A DNA stretch of 64,000 nt. It comes from Minisyncoccia bacterium (GTDB lineage Bacteria; Patescibacteriota; Minisyncoccia; Phycocordibacterales; UBA918). The stretch spans positions 2,499 to 66,498 of the forward strand of contig JBKJIT010000004.1 of assembly GCA_046598345.1 (NCBI GenBank), in the 5' to 3' direction. Shown here piece after piece: positions 1 to 10,499 of the stretch. The notes under the pieces are model-generated. The model did not search any database. It saw only the letters and a list, made by a program, of their open reading frames with translations, and was not told the DNA's origin. Numbering within the stretch: position 1 is the stretch's first letter; each line of letters opens with the position of its first letter. Both the position numbers and the translations under genes were made by a program.

Positions 1-2
1 TA

Positions 3-128
3 TACGGTCTGCCAATGGGGGACTCGTATCGTCCTAAAGACCGGATTCATTCTGGCATTCCGACCCCCAATGCACGGGGAGAGGCGGAGCTGGCATGGGA
101 ACTCATTGCCGTAGTCGAGAAGAGCTAA
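3..128 (+). CDS. 3' end of a hypothetical ORF entering from the left edge
   Basis: Open frame YGLPMGDS...IAVVEKS* ending just before a GC-rich terminator; frame assignment uncertain. Confidence 0.35.
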   Translation, partial: YGLPMGDSYRPKDRIHSGIPTPNARGEAELAWELIAVVEKS

Positions 129-148
129 TTATCCGAAGTCATACCGAT

Positions 149-180
149 GCCCCCGGCGCGCTTTAGCACCGGGGGCTTTT
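149..180 (+). terminator. Intrinsic terminator
   Basis: GCCCCCGG...CCGGGGGC stem followed by TTTT. Confidence 0.75.
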
Positions 181-205
181 CTTTACTCGCCCATAAGGTA
201 TGGGG

Positions 206-234
206 TTGACCCACATCATTCCATCTGGTACTCT
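206..234 (+). promoter_or_regulatory. sigma70 promoter of rpsP (near-leaderless)
   Basis: TTGACC-17 nt-TACTCT with TG extension; ATG at 245. Confidence 0.7.
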
Positions 235-244
235 TGTCCCCGTT

Positions 245-679
245 ATGTTAATGATGCGATTACAGCGAATCGGCCGAAAAAACGACCCATCTTATCGGGT
301 TGTTGTTGTTGATTCCCGCCAAGGTCCGAAGAGTGGTAAGCACCTTGACCTCCTCGGTACATTCAGTCCAAAACTCGATCGAGTGGTGATTGATGGTGAG
401 CGAGCTCGAAAGTGGATTAAGAATGGGACGCAGGTTTCTGGAACTGTTCACAATCTCCTTATTCGAGAAAAGATTATTGAAGGGAAGAAAATAAACGTTC
501 TCCCACGCAAGTCTCCAATTATTGATGAAGCAAAGATAAAGGCCGAAGCTGAAGCCAAGGCTGCTAAGGAGGCCGCAAAGGAAGCTGCAGACAAAGCCGC
601 AGCAGCTCCCGTTGTTGAGGAAGTGCCAGCAGAATCTACTCCAGAAGCAGTTGCAGAAGCAACACCTGAAGCTAAGTAG
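245..679 (+). CDS. rpsP: 30S ribosomal protein S16 with Ala/Glu/Lys-rich C-terminal extension
   Basis: MLMMRLQRIGRKNDPSYRVVVVDSR...LGTFSP S16 signature; start moved to 245. Confidence 0.97.
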   Translation: MLMMRLQRIGRKNDPSYRVVVVDSRQGPKSGKHLDLLGTFSPKLDRVVIDGERARKWIKNGTQVSGTVHNLLIREKIIEGKKINVLPRKSPIIDEAKIKAEAEAKAAKEAAKEAADKAAAAPVVEEVPAESTPEAVAEATPEAK

Positions 680-730
680 CAAAAGAAAGACTTTCCCACA
701 TATTCTTATAGGGAAAGTACTTTAGGTACG

Positions 731-758
731 TTGACGAATTGTCGGTACCTGTTACCAT
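731..758 (+). promoter_or_regulatory. Probable sigma70 promoter of khpA
   Basis: TTGACG-16 nt-TACCAT with TG extension. Confidence 0.55.
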
Positions 759-825
759 TTATATAGAGCACGTTTCCGAGTGAAAGAAACGGCCGGTTAT
801 CAGTTAGTTCTCATAAATATTTCGT

Positions 826-1191
826 ATGGAATTAGATCAGCAATTTCTTGAACAGCTAGTAAAGGCACTTGTAGACCATCCTGAATCAGTAAAGATTAAT
901 AGAACTGTCGATGAAATGGGGGTACTCCTAACCCTCGATGTGCATGCTCAAGACATGGGAAAGATCATTGGTCGCTCAGGTAATACCGCAAAGGCAATTC
1001 GCACACTTCTCCGCGTTGTGGGTATGAAAAATGAGGCACGCGTCAATCTTAAAATCAATGAACCAGAAGGAGGTACACGTTCAATGGCGCCACAGAATGA
1101 TACGACAGATATGGGTTCGAATGTACAGAGTGATGATGTGCCGAATGAACCGAAGACCCTCGACGAAGCAATCGACGGCTTACGAATATAA
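826..1191 (+). CDS. khpA: KH-domain RNA-binding protein KhpA (YlqC/UPF0109)
   Basis: LVKALVDHPE...DMGKIIGRSGNTAKAIRTLL; canonical position after rpsP. Confidence 0.93.
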   Translation: MELDQQFLEQLVKALVDHPESVKINRTVDEMGVLLTLDVHAQDMGKIIGRSGNTAKAIRTLLRVVGMKNEARVNLKINEPEGGTRSMAPQNDTTDMGSNVQSDDVPNEPKTLDEAIDGLRI

Positions 1192-1222
1192 GAAAAAGCC
1201 TCCTCTACGGAGGCTTTTTCTT
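1190..1222. terminator. Intrinsic (bidirectional-type) terminator
   Basis: AAGAAAAAGCCTCC-TCTAC-GGAGGCTTTTTCTT. Confidence 0.8.
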
Positions 1223-1233
1223 ATATTCGTAAG

Positions 1234-1327
1234 AGCCGGAGCCATGTTTTGCCTTTTCATCAAGGCAAAACGGGTGAGGCCGGGGAGGAAGTTCTTAACG
1301 AACGTAGTGAGTTTAGAAACTTGACCC
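1234..1327. repeat. Structured intergenic element with two hairpins (REP-like)
   Basis: GTTTTGCCTT/AAGGCAAAAC stem plus a hairpin with GAACGTAGTGA loop; related loop at 38772. Confidence 0.45.
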
Positions 1328-1461
1328 TAAGGATTTAAACTGGAGAATTTCTTTGTCGCAAATGCGATTTCGTCAGTCACAATAGTTTTCTATTGCTTCT
1401 TCCAAAATCTTTTTGCTTCTCGAAATTTCCGCAATTTTAGATTCTTAGATTCCTAGTGACC

Positions 1462-1497
1462 CTAACACAAAAGCCCCTCACGGGGCTTTTGTGTTAG
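1462..1497. terminator. Bidirectional terminator-like hairpin
   Basis: CTAACACAAAAGCCCC-TCAC-GGGGCTTTTGTGTTAG. Confidence 0.7.
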
Positions 1498-1506
1498 TAT
1501 ATTTTT

Positions 1507-1953
1507 ATGAGCGAAGTGAAGCTAAGAAAAGGTTTTGATTTCATAGGAGTTTCAGCCGTCACTATGTGTCATGATGGAAATGGGAAATATTTAATTGGCA
1601 AACGAGGAGAGAAATGTCGGGATGAGCACGGGAAATGGGAGCCTGTTGGAAGTGGAGGAGTAAAGCTCACAGAACCACTTGAAGACACGGTTCGCAGGGA
1701 AGTAAAAGAAGAATGTGGTGCTGACGCGAGTAGTATTGAATTTATGGGATTTCGAGAAGTTTTTAGAAATATAAACGGCGAAAAAACTCACTGGATTGCA
1801 TTTGATTTTAAAGCACACATAAATCCTGATGAAGTTTACATCACCGAACCTGATAAGTGCAGTGAATTTAAATGGTGTACACTTGCTGAAATACCAACTC
1901 CTCAGCATTCAGAATTTCCACGTTTTCTAGAGAAATACAAAGACAAATTATAG
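1507..1953 (+). CDS. NUDIX hydrolase
   Basis: Nudix box GGVKLTEPLEDTVRREVKEECG. Confidence 0.9.
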   Translation: MSEVKLRKGFDFIGVSAVTMCHDGNGKYLIGKRGEKCRDEHGKWEPVGSGGVKLTEPLEDTVRREVKEECGADASSIEFMGFREVFRNINGEKTHWIAFDFKAHINPDEVYITEPDKCSEFKWCTLAEIPTPQHSEFPRFLEKYKDKL

Positions 1954-1954
1954 T

Positions 1955-2638
1955 ATGCATTTTCACGTCATCACACTATTTCCGGAAATCTGCAAAGCGT
2001 ATACTGATGCGTCGGTCTTAGGCCGTGCGCAGAAAAAAGAGAAGGGGAAAGGTGCGAAGCATACGGGGAAAAAAATTGAAGTGAAGTATTACGATCCGCG
2101 CACATTCTCGAAAGATAAACACAAGAAAGTTGATGATCGTCCGTATGGTGGCGGACCTGGAATGGTCATGCAGGCTGTGCCAATTTTAAAGGCGGTAGAG
2201 AAGGCTGTTGGAAAAAAAGAAAAGAAAGAAGTGAAAGTGCTTTTTATGTCGCCGCGTGGAAAATTGTTTGATCAAAAAATGGCAAAAAATCTTGCAAAAA
2301 AATACAAACACCTCGTACTTATTTCTGGACGCTATGAAGGCATTGACTCACGCGCAATAAAAATCTTAAAAGCTGAAGAAGTGTCGGTAGGGAATTATGT
2401 GCTCACAGGCGGCGAACTCCCAGCCCTTTCAATCATCGACGCCGTTTCCCGAAATATTCCTGGTGTTCTTGGCACATTTGAATCTCTTGAAGATGAGCGA
2501 GTCTCAAGTGGTGAGATGTACACACGTCCTGAAGTTTTGGAGTTTAAAAAAAAGAAATATAAAGTTCCCCCTGTTTTTCTTAGTGGAAATCATGCGGAGA
2601 TAGAGAAATATAAGGAAGCAAAGAAAGACCCGGCGTAA
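1955..2638 (+). CDS. trmD: tRNA (guanine-N1)-methyltransferase
   Basis: VITLFPE, VDDRPYGGGPGMVM, GRYEGID, SVGNYVLTGGELPA, YTRP motifs. Confidence 0.97.
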   Translation: MHFHVITLFPEICKAYTDASVLGRAQKKEKGKGAKHTGKKIEVKYYDPRTFSKDKHKKVDDRPYGGGPGMVMQAVPILKAVEKAVGKKEKKEVKVLFMSPRGKLFDQKMAKNLAKKYKHLVLISGRYEGIDSRAIKILKAEEVSVGNYVLTGGELPALSIIDAVSRNIPGVLGTFESLEDERVSSGEMYTRPEVLEFKKKKYKVPPVFLSGNHAEIEKYKEAKKDPA

Positions 2639-2667
2639 GAAAGAATAGTTTTGTCCAGCACAAGCTG

Positions 2668-2948
2668 TTGACGAAGTTTTGGAAATCTGTTACACTCCTC
2701 GCCATACGCAAATCAGTCTTGAATGAGTTTTGGATGAAAGATTTTCATACGCGGAGGAGTGAAATGTCTGGGGACATTTTCACAAAATTCAAGGGGATAC
2801 TTTTATCCCTCAAGGTCACAATCACAGAGTGATGTACTTACAAGCCGAATAAAAAAGGTGCACTGATAGTTCGCGCACATGCGCGGGTTTTTACGTGGAC
2901 GCTTTATTATTTTATTAGTCTCTAGTTACTAGAGTAAGCGCGTATACT
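2668..2948 (+). promoter_or_regulatory. rpoBC promoter and long structured 5' leader
   Basis: TTGACG(2668)-17 nt-TACACT(2691) with TG; about 245-nt leader containing several hairpins. Confidence 0.6.
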
Positions 2949-5900
2949 ATGGCACATAAAACTGATGCACAGGGTGAGGTGACGGTAGGGATGCTTCCTA
3001 AAAAAAGCTTCCAGCACTATCGGGATGCACGAGTACCACTTCCGGATCTCGTAGAACCACAGCGAGTATCGTTTAAAGAATTTGTTGAGGTAGGACTCAA
3101 GGATGTTTTTAAAGAATTTTCGCCGATCAGTGACTACTCTGAAAAGAAGTTTGAATTGCTTTTCAAGAAGTACGAACTAGGCTCCCCGAAGACCACTCCT
3201 GAATACGCGAAGGAGAATAAACTCACGTACGAAGCGCCACTTCGTGCACAGGTTGTGCTCAAGAATAAGACATTTGGCGGAGAGAAAGAACAGGAAATCT
3301 TCATGGCAGACATTCCAGTCATGACCGTGAATGGTACTTTCATTGTAAATGGTGTGGAGCGTGTGATTGTGCCACAGCTCGCTCGTTCTTACGGTATTTT
3401 CTTCACGACGAGTGAATCAAAAGGTCGCACATACTTTGGTGCGAAGATTATTCCTGCGCGTGGAGCGTGGGTTGAGATTGAGTCTGAGTCGGACGGATGT
3501 ATTTATGTAAAAATTGACCGCAAGCGAAAGTTTCCGGTCTCATCACTCTTCCGTGTGCTCGGTGGAAAGGATGAGAAGCACGTACAGGGAATGTTCAAAG
3601 GTGTCGCACATGCTGAGGATTACATGAAAGCTACGTTTGCGAAGGATCCAGCAAAGACAACTGATGATTCATACATTGAAATATACCGACGACTTCGTGA
3701 CGGTGATCTTGCAACGGTTGAAAACGCACGCGAATTCGTAAATTCAATCTTTGCACCTGAACGATACGACCTTTCTGAAATTGGACGTCACCACTTCAAC
3801 CAGCGCTTCGGACTTTCGACCGATGCGAAGGCAACAGCAGTACGTACTGTTGGTCTCGAAGACGTTGTTACGATCATCAAGAACATCATTGGGCAGAACC
3901 ATACACCGGGCGCAATTGCGGACGACATCGACCACCTCGGATTCCGTCGTGTGCGGTACTTTGGTGAACTTCTCCAGCAGCGCATCCGCGTGGGTATGAC
4001 GCGCGTAAAGCGAAACGTGCAAGACCGGATGTCTACTATTGAGGCAGAAACGAGCCTTCCGATTCAACTCGTGAACCCTCGTCCACTTCAGGCTGCGATT
4101 AAGGAATTTTTCACGACGAACCAGCTTTCACAGTTCATGCCACAGCAGAACCTTCTCGGAGAGCTCGAGGGACTTCGAACGCTTTCAGCACTTGGACCAG
4201 GTGGACTCACGCGTGAACGTGCTGGATTTGAAGTACGTGACGTACACACATCGCACTATGGCCGTCTCTGTCCAATTCACACACCTGAAGGACCAAACAT
4301 CGGTCTTATTCTCCGTCTCTCAATGTACGCACGCGTCAATCGTTTCGGTATTATCGAGACGCCGTACGCGAAGGTGGAGAAGGGTGTAGTTACGAATGAA
4401 ATTATCTACCTAAACGCCCACGAAGAAGAGCACTTTAATATTGCGCACGCCGCGATCGTTGTTGATGACAGTGGCAAGATTAAGTCAGATATGGTTGAGG
4501 TGCGTCACAATGGAGATCCACGTATCGTTGCAAAGAAGGAAGTTGATTACATCGACATTGCAACCAATCAGGCATTCTCTGTTGCGACTTCAATGATTCC
4601 ATTCATTAACCATGATGACGCCAACCGTGCACTCATGGGTTCAAACATGTTGAAGCAGGCAACTCCATGTGTGATTCAGGAAGCACCACTCGTTGCGACT
4701 GGAGTTGAAGAGCTCGCTGCGCGCGACACCGGACGACTCCTTCTTGCTGACGATGCTGGAGAAGTTATTGAAGCAGACGCACTCCATATTGTAGTAAAGA
4801 ATAAGGATGGAAAGAAAAGGGAATACCCACTTACGACCTTCCAGCGTACAAACGATTTCTCTGCGTTCTATCACCGTGCTGCGGTCACTGTAGGCGACAA
4901 GGTGAAGCGAGGAGATCTTCTTGCGAACACATCATCAACTGATGCTGGACAGATTGCACTTGGACAAAACGCCTTGATTGCGTTCATGAGCTGGTCTGGA
5001 GCAAACTATGAAGACGCTATTATTATTTCTGAACGTCTCGTAAAAGATAGTAAGTTTGCAACGATTCACCTCGACGAACTCGATGTCTCAGTGCGTGATA
5101 CAAAACTTGGACCAGAAGTAACTACGCCAGACATTCCAAATGTATCAGAACAGAAACTTCGCAACTTGGATGAAGAGGGAATTATCCGTGTGGGTGCAGA
5201 AGTGCGTCCTGGAGACATTCTCGTTGGAAAGGTGACACCAAAGGGTGAGACACAACTTACTCCAGAAGAGCGACTCCTCCGTTCAATTTTCGGTGAAAAG
5301 GCAAAGGATGTGAAGGATACGTCACTTCGCCTAGAAGCAGGAAAGCGTGGTCGCGTTATTGGTGTAAAGGTTTTCTCACGTGAGGCAGGCGATCAACTCG
5401 AATCAGGTGTTATAAAGCGAATCCACATCACGGTAGCGCAGGTACGTAACGTCTCAGTTGGAGACAAGCTCGCAGGACGACACGGTAACAAAGGTGTTAT
5501 TTCACGCATTCTTCCTGAAGAGGATATGCCATACACCGATGATGGAAAGCCTATCGACATCATTCTCACACCTCTCGGCGTTCCTTCACGTATGAACTTG
5601 GGACAGATTCTTGAGCTTCACTTAGGAATGGCCGCACACACCTTGGGATACCAGGCGATCGTCCCGCCATTTGCAGGAGCAACAGAAACGGATGTTAAAA
5701 ATGAACTTAAAGCAGCAGGACTTCCAGAAGACGGCAAGCTCACGCTTCGCGATGGACGAACGGGAGAAACCTTTGCACAGCGCATTGCAGTTGGATACAT
5801 GTACATCTTGAAGCTTCACCACATGGTTGAAGACAAAATTCACATGCGATCGATTGGGCCATACTCACTCATCACGCAGCAACCACTCGGTGGAAAGGCG

Positions 5901-6164
5901 CAGGTGGGAGGTCAACGATTTGGAGAAATGGAAGTGTGGGCGCTTCTCGGTTATGGCGCTGCATACACGCTACGTGAAATGCTCACGATTAAGTCAGACG
6001 ATATCGTGGGACGATCAGCAGCATTCGACGCGATTGTACGCGGCGAACAAATTAGTCACCCTCATACTCCGGCGGCATTCAACGTGCTTCTCAATCAGCT
6101 TCGCGGGCTTTCTCTCGACGTTGAATTGAAGCGAAATACGGAGTCTGAAAATCGCAGTAATTAA
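2949..6164 (+). CDS. rpoB: RNA polymerase beta subunit
   Basis: GTFIVNGVERV, HYGRLCPIHTPEGPNIGL, GDKLAGRHGNKG, GGQRFGEME. Confidence 0.99.
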   Translation: MAHKTDAQGEVTVGMLPKKSFQHYRDARVPLPDLVEPQRVSFKEFVEVGLKDVFKEFSPISDYSEKKFELLFKKYELGSPKTTPEYAKENKLTYEAPLRAQVVLKNKTFGGEKEQEIFMADIPVMTVNGTFIVNGVERVIVPQLARSYGIFFTTSESKGRTYFGAKIIPARGAWVEIESESDGCIYVKIDRKRKFPVSSLFRVLGGKDEKHVQGMFKGVAHAEDYMKATFAKDPAKTTDDSYIEIYRRLRDGDLATVENAREFVNSIFAPERYDLSEIGRHHFNQRFGLSTDAKATAVRTVGLEDVVTIIKNIIGQNHTPGAIADDIDHLGFRRVRYFGELLQQRIRVGMTRVKRNVQDRMSTIEAETSLPIQLVNPRPLQAAIKEFFTTNQLSQFMPQQNLLGELEGLRTLSALGPGGLTRERAGFEVRDVHTSHYGRLCPIHTPEGPNIGLILRLSMYARVNRFGIIETPYAKVEKGVVTNEIIYLNAHEEEHFNIAHAAIVVDDSGKIKSDMVEVRHNGDPRIVAKKEVDYIDIATNQAFSVATSMIPFINHDDANRALMGSNMLKQATPCVIQEAPLVATGVEELAARDTGRLLLADDAGEVIEADALHIVVKNKDGKKREYPLTTFQRTNDFSAFYHRAAVTVGDKVKRGDLLANTSSTDAGQIALGQNALIAFMSWSGANYEDAIIISERLVKDSKFATIHLDELDVSVRDTKLGPEVTTPDIPNVSEQKLRNLDEEGIIRVGAEVRPGDILVGKVTPKGETQLTPEERLLRSIFGEKAKDVKDTSLRLEAGKRGRVIGVKVFSREAGDQLESGVIKRIHITVAQVRNVSVGDKLAGRHGNKGVISRILPEEDMPYTDDGKPIDIILTPLGVPSRMNLGQILELHLGMAAHTLGYQAIVPPFAGATETDVKNELKAAGLPEDGKLTLRDGRTGETFAQRIAVGYMYILKLHHMVEDKIHMRSIGPYSLITQQPLGGKAQVGGQRFGEMEVWALLGYGAAYTLREMLTIKSDDIVGRSAAFDAIVRGEQISHPHTPAAFNVLLNQLRGLSLDVELKRNTESENRSN

Positions 6165-6187
6165 TAGCCAGTAACTTTGCAATATAT

Positions 6188-9100
6188 ATGAGAACACCAA
6201 TGCCACAACAATTTGACGAAGTGAGCTTGAAGCTTGCATCACCCGAGAGGATTCTCGAATGGTCAAAAGGTGAGGTCACAAAGCCTGAGACTATTAACTA
6301 CCGCACGCAGCGTCCAGAAAAGCATGGACTTTTCGACGAACGGATATTCGGTCCTGTTGAGGATTACGAATGTTCCTGCAAGAAGTACCGAGGTATTCGG
6401 TACAAGGGAATTATCTGTGAGAAATGTGGTGTAGAAATCACCCGCTCGATCGTACGTCGTGAACGCATGGGGCACATCGAGCTCTGCGTTCCTGTGTCAC
6501 ACATCTGGTTCCTCCGAGGTGTACCGAGCCGCATTGCACTCATTCTAGGCACCTCAGCAGCTGCAATTGAAAAGGTTATCTACTTTGCAGGCTACATCGT
6601 GACGAAGGTAAGTGAAGAGGAACGCACACGACTTCTTCGTGATCTCGACACCGAATACAAGACTAAGCATAAGGAACTCTCGAGCGATCTCGCACGTGAT
6701 GAGCTCAAGGGGCGCATGGAAGAAATGAAAGATGAGATTCAGGGTATTGTGCAGGGCGCTATTCTCGACGAGATGCACTTCCACAAGTACTCAATGAAGT
6801 ACTCAACGCTCTTCGAGGCACACATTGGTGCTGAAGCTATTTTTGAACTTTTTAAGAGAACCGATCTCGTACTCCTCCGTGACCGACTTGAGAAAGAGCG
6901 TGAGACTGCGGGAGCTGCAGAGCGAACGAAACTCGACAAGCGCCTCTCACTCATTCGCGGCATGATCAATGCAGGAGTACGTCCTGAGTGGATGTTCCTT
7001 ACGCGCATTCCGGTGATCCCACCAGCGCTCCGTCCAATGGTTGCACTTGAAGGTGGACGACACGCTTCATCAGATTTGAACGACCTCTACCGACGCGTAA
7101 TTAACCGAAACAATCGTCTCAAGAAGCTTCTCGATATTATGGCGCCAGACGTTATTTTGCGTAACGAAAAGCGTATTCTTCAAGAAGCGGTTGACGCGCT
7201 TATCGACAACTCAATTCGTCACGGCAATACCGCCTACTCAGCAATGAGCCAGGCACAACGACGCCCACTCAAGTCGCTCGCTGACTACCTTAAGTCAAAG
7301 CAGGGGTACTTCCGTCAGAACCTACTTGGAAAGCGTGTGGACTACTCAGGTCGTTCAGTGATTGTGATTGGACCAGATCTCGCACTCGACCAGTGTGGGC
7401 TTCCAAAGCACATGGCCCTTGAGCTTTTCCGACCATTCGTTATTTCAGAACTTCTAAAGCAAGAACTCGCGTACAACATTCGTGGTGCAGGGCGTCTCAT
7501 TGAAGACGGTGTACCAGAAGTGTGGGCAATTCTTGAAAACGTGATTCGAGATCGCCATGTGCTCCTCAACCGTGCTCCGACGCTTCACCGTCAAGGTATC
7601 CAGGCATTCCGCCCGGTTCTTATTGAAGGTAACGCGATTCAAATTCACCCACTCGTTTGTCGAGCGTTTAACGCTGACTTCGACGGTGACCAAATGGCGG
7701 TACACGTACCACTTTCTGCAGAAGCACAGCACGAAGCTCGTGAAATTATTTCTGCAAACAAGAACATTCTAAAGCCAGGGTCAGCGGAACCAGTCGTATC
7801 TGAAAAACTTCTCGATATGGCACTTGGTGCATTCTGGATGACAAAGATTATGGAGGGAGCAAAGGGAGAAGGAAAGTTCTTCCAATCACCAAACGCAGCG
7901 ATCCTCGCCTTTGATTTTGGAGTGATCGACATTCGCGCAAAGGTACAAGTGCTCGCAACGGATACACCAAAGTATGCACAGTTTGAAGGAAAGCTCTTTG
8001 AGACTACTGTTGGACGACTCCTCTTTAACTCAGTCCTTCCTTCAGACCATGCATTCCTGAATGACGTCGTTACACAGCGCGCACTCTTCGGTATCGTCGT
8101 TGATATTATTGATGACGAAGGTATCGGCGCGGTTCCTAAGATCGTCGACCGCATGAAGCGTTTCGGATTTGAGTACGCGACAAAGTCAGGAACAACATGG
8201 GGTATTGATGACGTTGTGGTTCCTGAGGAAAAGAAAGCAATCATTGCAAAGGCACGTGTTTCTGAAAAGGAAATCCTCAATCACTTCGATGATGGTCTAC
8301 TTTCACGCGAAGAACGTCGCCGCCTTATCATTAGTATTTGGCACAAAGCAAAGACTGAAATTGAGGAAATTCTTCCAAGCACGCTCGACAAGAACGGTTC
8401 TGTGTACGATATGTGGAAGTCGGGTGCTCGAGGATCAATGGGACAAATTGCGCAGATGGCCGGAATGAAGGGTCTCATCATCAACACGAGAGGAGAGACG
8501 CTCGAATTCCCGATTCTTTCTTCTATGAAGGAAGGTATGAGTCCTATTGAGTACTTCATTACAACTCACGGCTCACGAAAGGGACTCGCCGACACGGCGC
8601 TCCAGACTGCAAAGGCTGGATACCTCACGCGACGTCTCTTCGTTGTTGCGCAGGACGCGATTGTAACGGAAGACAACTGTAAGTCAAAGGAGGGGGTAGT
8701 GATTGGACGTATGTCATCGTCAGGTATTCAGATCGCGTTTAGTAAAGCTATTCGAGGACGAATTCTCGCTGAAGATGCGATCGATAAGGATGGTAAAGAA
8801 CTCTTTAAGAAAGGACATCTACTCTCACGAATTGAATCACTCACGCTTGATGCAGCGAACCTTGATGCTGTTGTAGTGCGTTCACCGATGACCTGTAAGA
8901 CACTCCAGGGTGTGTGTCAGCAGTGTTACGGTATCGACCTTACGACAAACAAACTCGTGGATATTGGAGAAGCAGTGGGAACTGTTGCTGCACAGGCGAT
9001 TGGTGAACCAGGAACACAGCTAACGATGAACACAAAACACGCCGGAGGAGCAGCGTCGGTTGGTGGAGACGTAACCCAGGGTCTTCCGCGTGTTGAGGAG

Positions 9101-9844
9101 GTGTTTGAAAAGCGACTTCCAAAGATTCCTGCAATTATTTCCCACACGGATGGTATCGTGACTGAAATTCGAACTGAAGGACGTGAAAAAATCATTGTTG
9201 TGGCTCCAACACTCGGATCTAAGTACGCAACAAAGAAGAATGACAATATTGAGTACGGAGTTCACTTCCGACGTGTAGCAATGGTTTCAGCAGGAGACAG
9301 CGTAAAGCAGGGGCAATTCCTCACGGATGGTTCTGCAAGTTTGCCTGAACTCTTTAAGTACGCAGGTGAGCAGACAACACAGGAGTACATCATTAACGAG
9401 ACAAACAAGATTTACGAACTTCAGGGAGTTACCATTTCACGAAAGCACATTGAGCTTATCGTGAAGCAGATGCTTTCACGCGTGAAGATTACACTGAGTG
9501 GAGATAGCCACTTCACCACTGGTGATGTTGTTGAAGAGTGGAATCTCGTAAAGACAAATAATGCACTTAAGGAGGCTGGAAAAGAACCAGCTAAGGGTGA
9601 CAAACTCATCTTGGGTATCACTGAAACCTCGCTCTCACGAAAGAGCTTCCTCAGTGCTGCGTCCTTCCAGAACACGACGCGCGTCTTGATTAACGCTGCG
9701 GTTCGCGGAAGTCAGGATAAACTCACTGGACTCATGGAAAACGTTATTATTGGTCGCCTCATTCCAGCAGGGACGGGATTTGTGGGAAGCAATAAGTATA
9801 ATAATGTTCAGAGCCTCCGACCTAAAGAAGAAACCGGCTACTAA
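6188..9844 (+). CDS. rpoC: RNA polymerase beta' subunit
   Basis: NADFDGD catalytic motif, N-terminal zinc finger, AQAIGEPGTQLTM. Confidence 0.99.
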   Translation: MRTPMPQQFDEVSLKLASPERILEWSKGEVTKPETINYRTQRPEKHGLFDERIFGPVEDYECSCKKYRGIRYKGIICEKCGVEITRSIVRRERMGHIELCVPVSHIWFLRGVPSRIALILGTSAAAIEKVIYFAGYIVTKVSEEERTRLLRDLDTEYKTKHKELSSDLARDELKGRMEEMKDEIQGIVQGAILDEMHFHKYSMKYSTLFEAHIGAEAIFELFKRTDLVLLRDRLEKERETAGAAERTKLDKRLSLIRGMINAGVRPEWMFLTRIPVIPPALRPMVALEGGRHASSDLNDLYRRVINRNNRLKKLLDIMAPDVILRNEKRILQEAVDALIDNSIRHGNTAYSAMSQAQRRPLKSLADYLKSKQGYFRQNLLGKRVDYSGRSVIVIGPDLALDQCGLPKHMALELFRPFVISELLKQELAYNIRGAGRLIEDGVPEVWAILENVIRDRHVLLNRAPTLHRQGIQAFRPVLIEGNAIQIHPLVCRAFNADFDGDQMAVHVPLSAEAQHEAREIISANKNILKPGSAEPVVSEKLLDMALGAFWMTKIMEGAKGEGKFFQSPNAAILAFDFGVIDIRAKVQVLATDTPKYAQFEGKLFETTVGRLLFNSVLPSDHAFLNDVVTQRALFGIVVDIIDDEGIGAVPKIVDRMKRFGFEYATKSGTTWGIDDVVVPEEKKAIIAKARVSEKEILNHFDDGLLSREERRRLIISIWHKAKTEIEEILPSTLDKNGSVYDMWKSGARGSMGQIAQMAGMKGLIINTRGETLEFPILSSMKEGMSPIEYFITTHGSRKGLADTALQTAKAGYLTRRLFVVAQDAIVTEDNCKSKEGVVIGRMSSSGIQIAFSKAIRGRILAEDAIDKDGKELFKKGHLLSRIESLTLDAANLDAVVVRSPMTCKTLQGVCQQCYGIDLTTNKLVDIGEAVGTVAAQAIGEPGTQLTMNTKHAGGAASVGGDVTQGLPRVEEVFEKRLPKIPAIISHTDGIVTEIRTEGREKIIVVAPTLGSKYATKKNDNIEYGVHFRRVAMVSAGDSVKQGQFLTDGSASLPELFKYAGEQTTQEYIINETNKIYELQGVTISRKHIELIVKQMLSRVKITLSGDSHFTTGDVVEEWNLVKTNNALKEAGKEPAKGDKLILGITETSLSRKSFLSAASFQNTTRVLINAAVRGSQDKLTGLMENVIIGRLIPAGTGFVGSNKYNNVQSLRPKEETGY

Positions 9845-9964
9845 AATTGTTTGAAACGTAATCTGCTTTGTTGCTCGCTCGTTTGCTCCACGCACCGTAG
9901 GTAACTACGGTTTGGTCGCAGACCTCGCTTGCGCCGCGCATCTTATCGCTTCAAACAATTTTAG
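9841..9964. repeat. Rod-shaped imperfect inverted repeat, copy 1
   Basis: 15-bp perfect terminal IR CTAAAATTGTTTGAA/TTCAAACAATTTTAG; apex CACC-GTAG-gtaa-CTAC-GG. Confidence 0.8.
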
Positions 9965-9983
9965 AAAATAGGGAAGGACATAC

Positions 9984-10024
9984 TAGAAACACCCCGGAAA
10001 GCTTCGCTTTCCGGGGTGTTTCTA
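9984..10024. terminator. Terminator after rpoC
   Basis: TAGAAACACCCCGGAAAGC-TTC-GCTTTCCGGGGTGTTTCTA. Confidence 0.8.
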
Positions 10025-10100
10025 TATGAAAGGAGTATTGACAATTAACTTAAAAGTAGTATAATATAAGTTGGTATAACTTCACTCGGAAAGGGAAGAC

Positions 10101-10397
10101 ATGACTGGTAACAACGCTACGTTTAGCATGAAGGTGCTTGCGGCTGGGCTGATCGCAGTTGTCTGCATTACTCTCGCCCTTGCGGTTTGGACGAGGGATC
10201 AACTTCGCGCCTCGTCTGTTCAGGTAGCGATGCTGACGGTAATGCTCGAAAGCGCCTACGTGCAAGAGTATCGCACGAGCGAATGTCATCTCGAGCCGGC
10301 AAGCGCAGCTGACGTTCTCACTAATGCTGAAAAAGCCTGTCTCGATGGGGTCAGGCAGCGAGCCAAGAAAGAAGTCGAACAGATCAAGAAGCTATAG
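10101..10397 (+). CDS. Orphan protein with N-terminal TM/signal segment (SD-led unit)
   Basis: TTGACA(10038)/TATAAT promoter, GGAAAGGGAAG SD, terminator 10430-10460. Confidence 0.65.
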   Translation: MTGNNATFSMKVLAAGLIAVVCITLALAVWTRDQLRASSVQVAMLTVMLESAYVQEYRTSECHLEPASAADVLTNAEKACLDGVRQRAKKEVEQIKKL

Positions 10398-10499
10398 ATC
10401 AAAAAAGTCCAGTAGAGGCCTCTTCATCAAAAGCGCTCGGAAACCACGGGCGCTCTTTTTATTGTGTCTCTTCAACCTATACGTATAATGGGTGCAACT

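Noticed and set aside
2949-9844. Many antisense and alternative-frame ORFs inside rpoB and rpoC (also inside other long genes)
   Set aside because: Shadow ORFs of strongly conserved genes with no independent signals.
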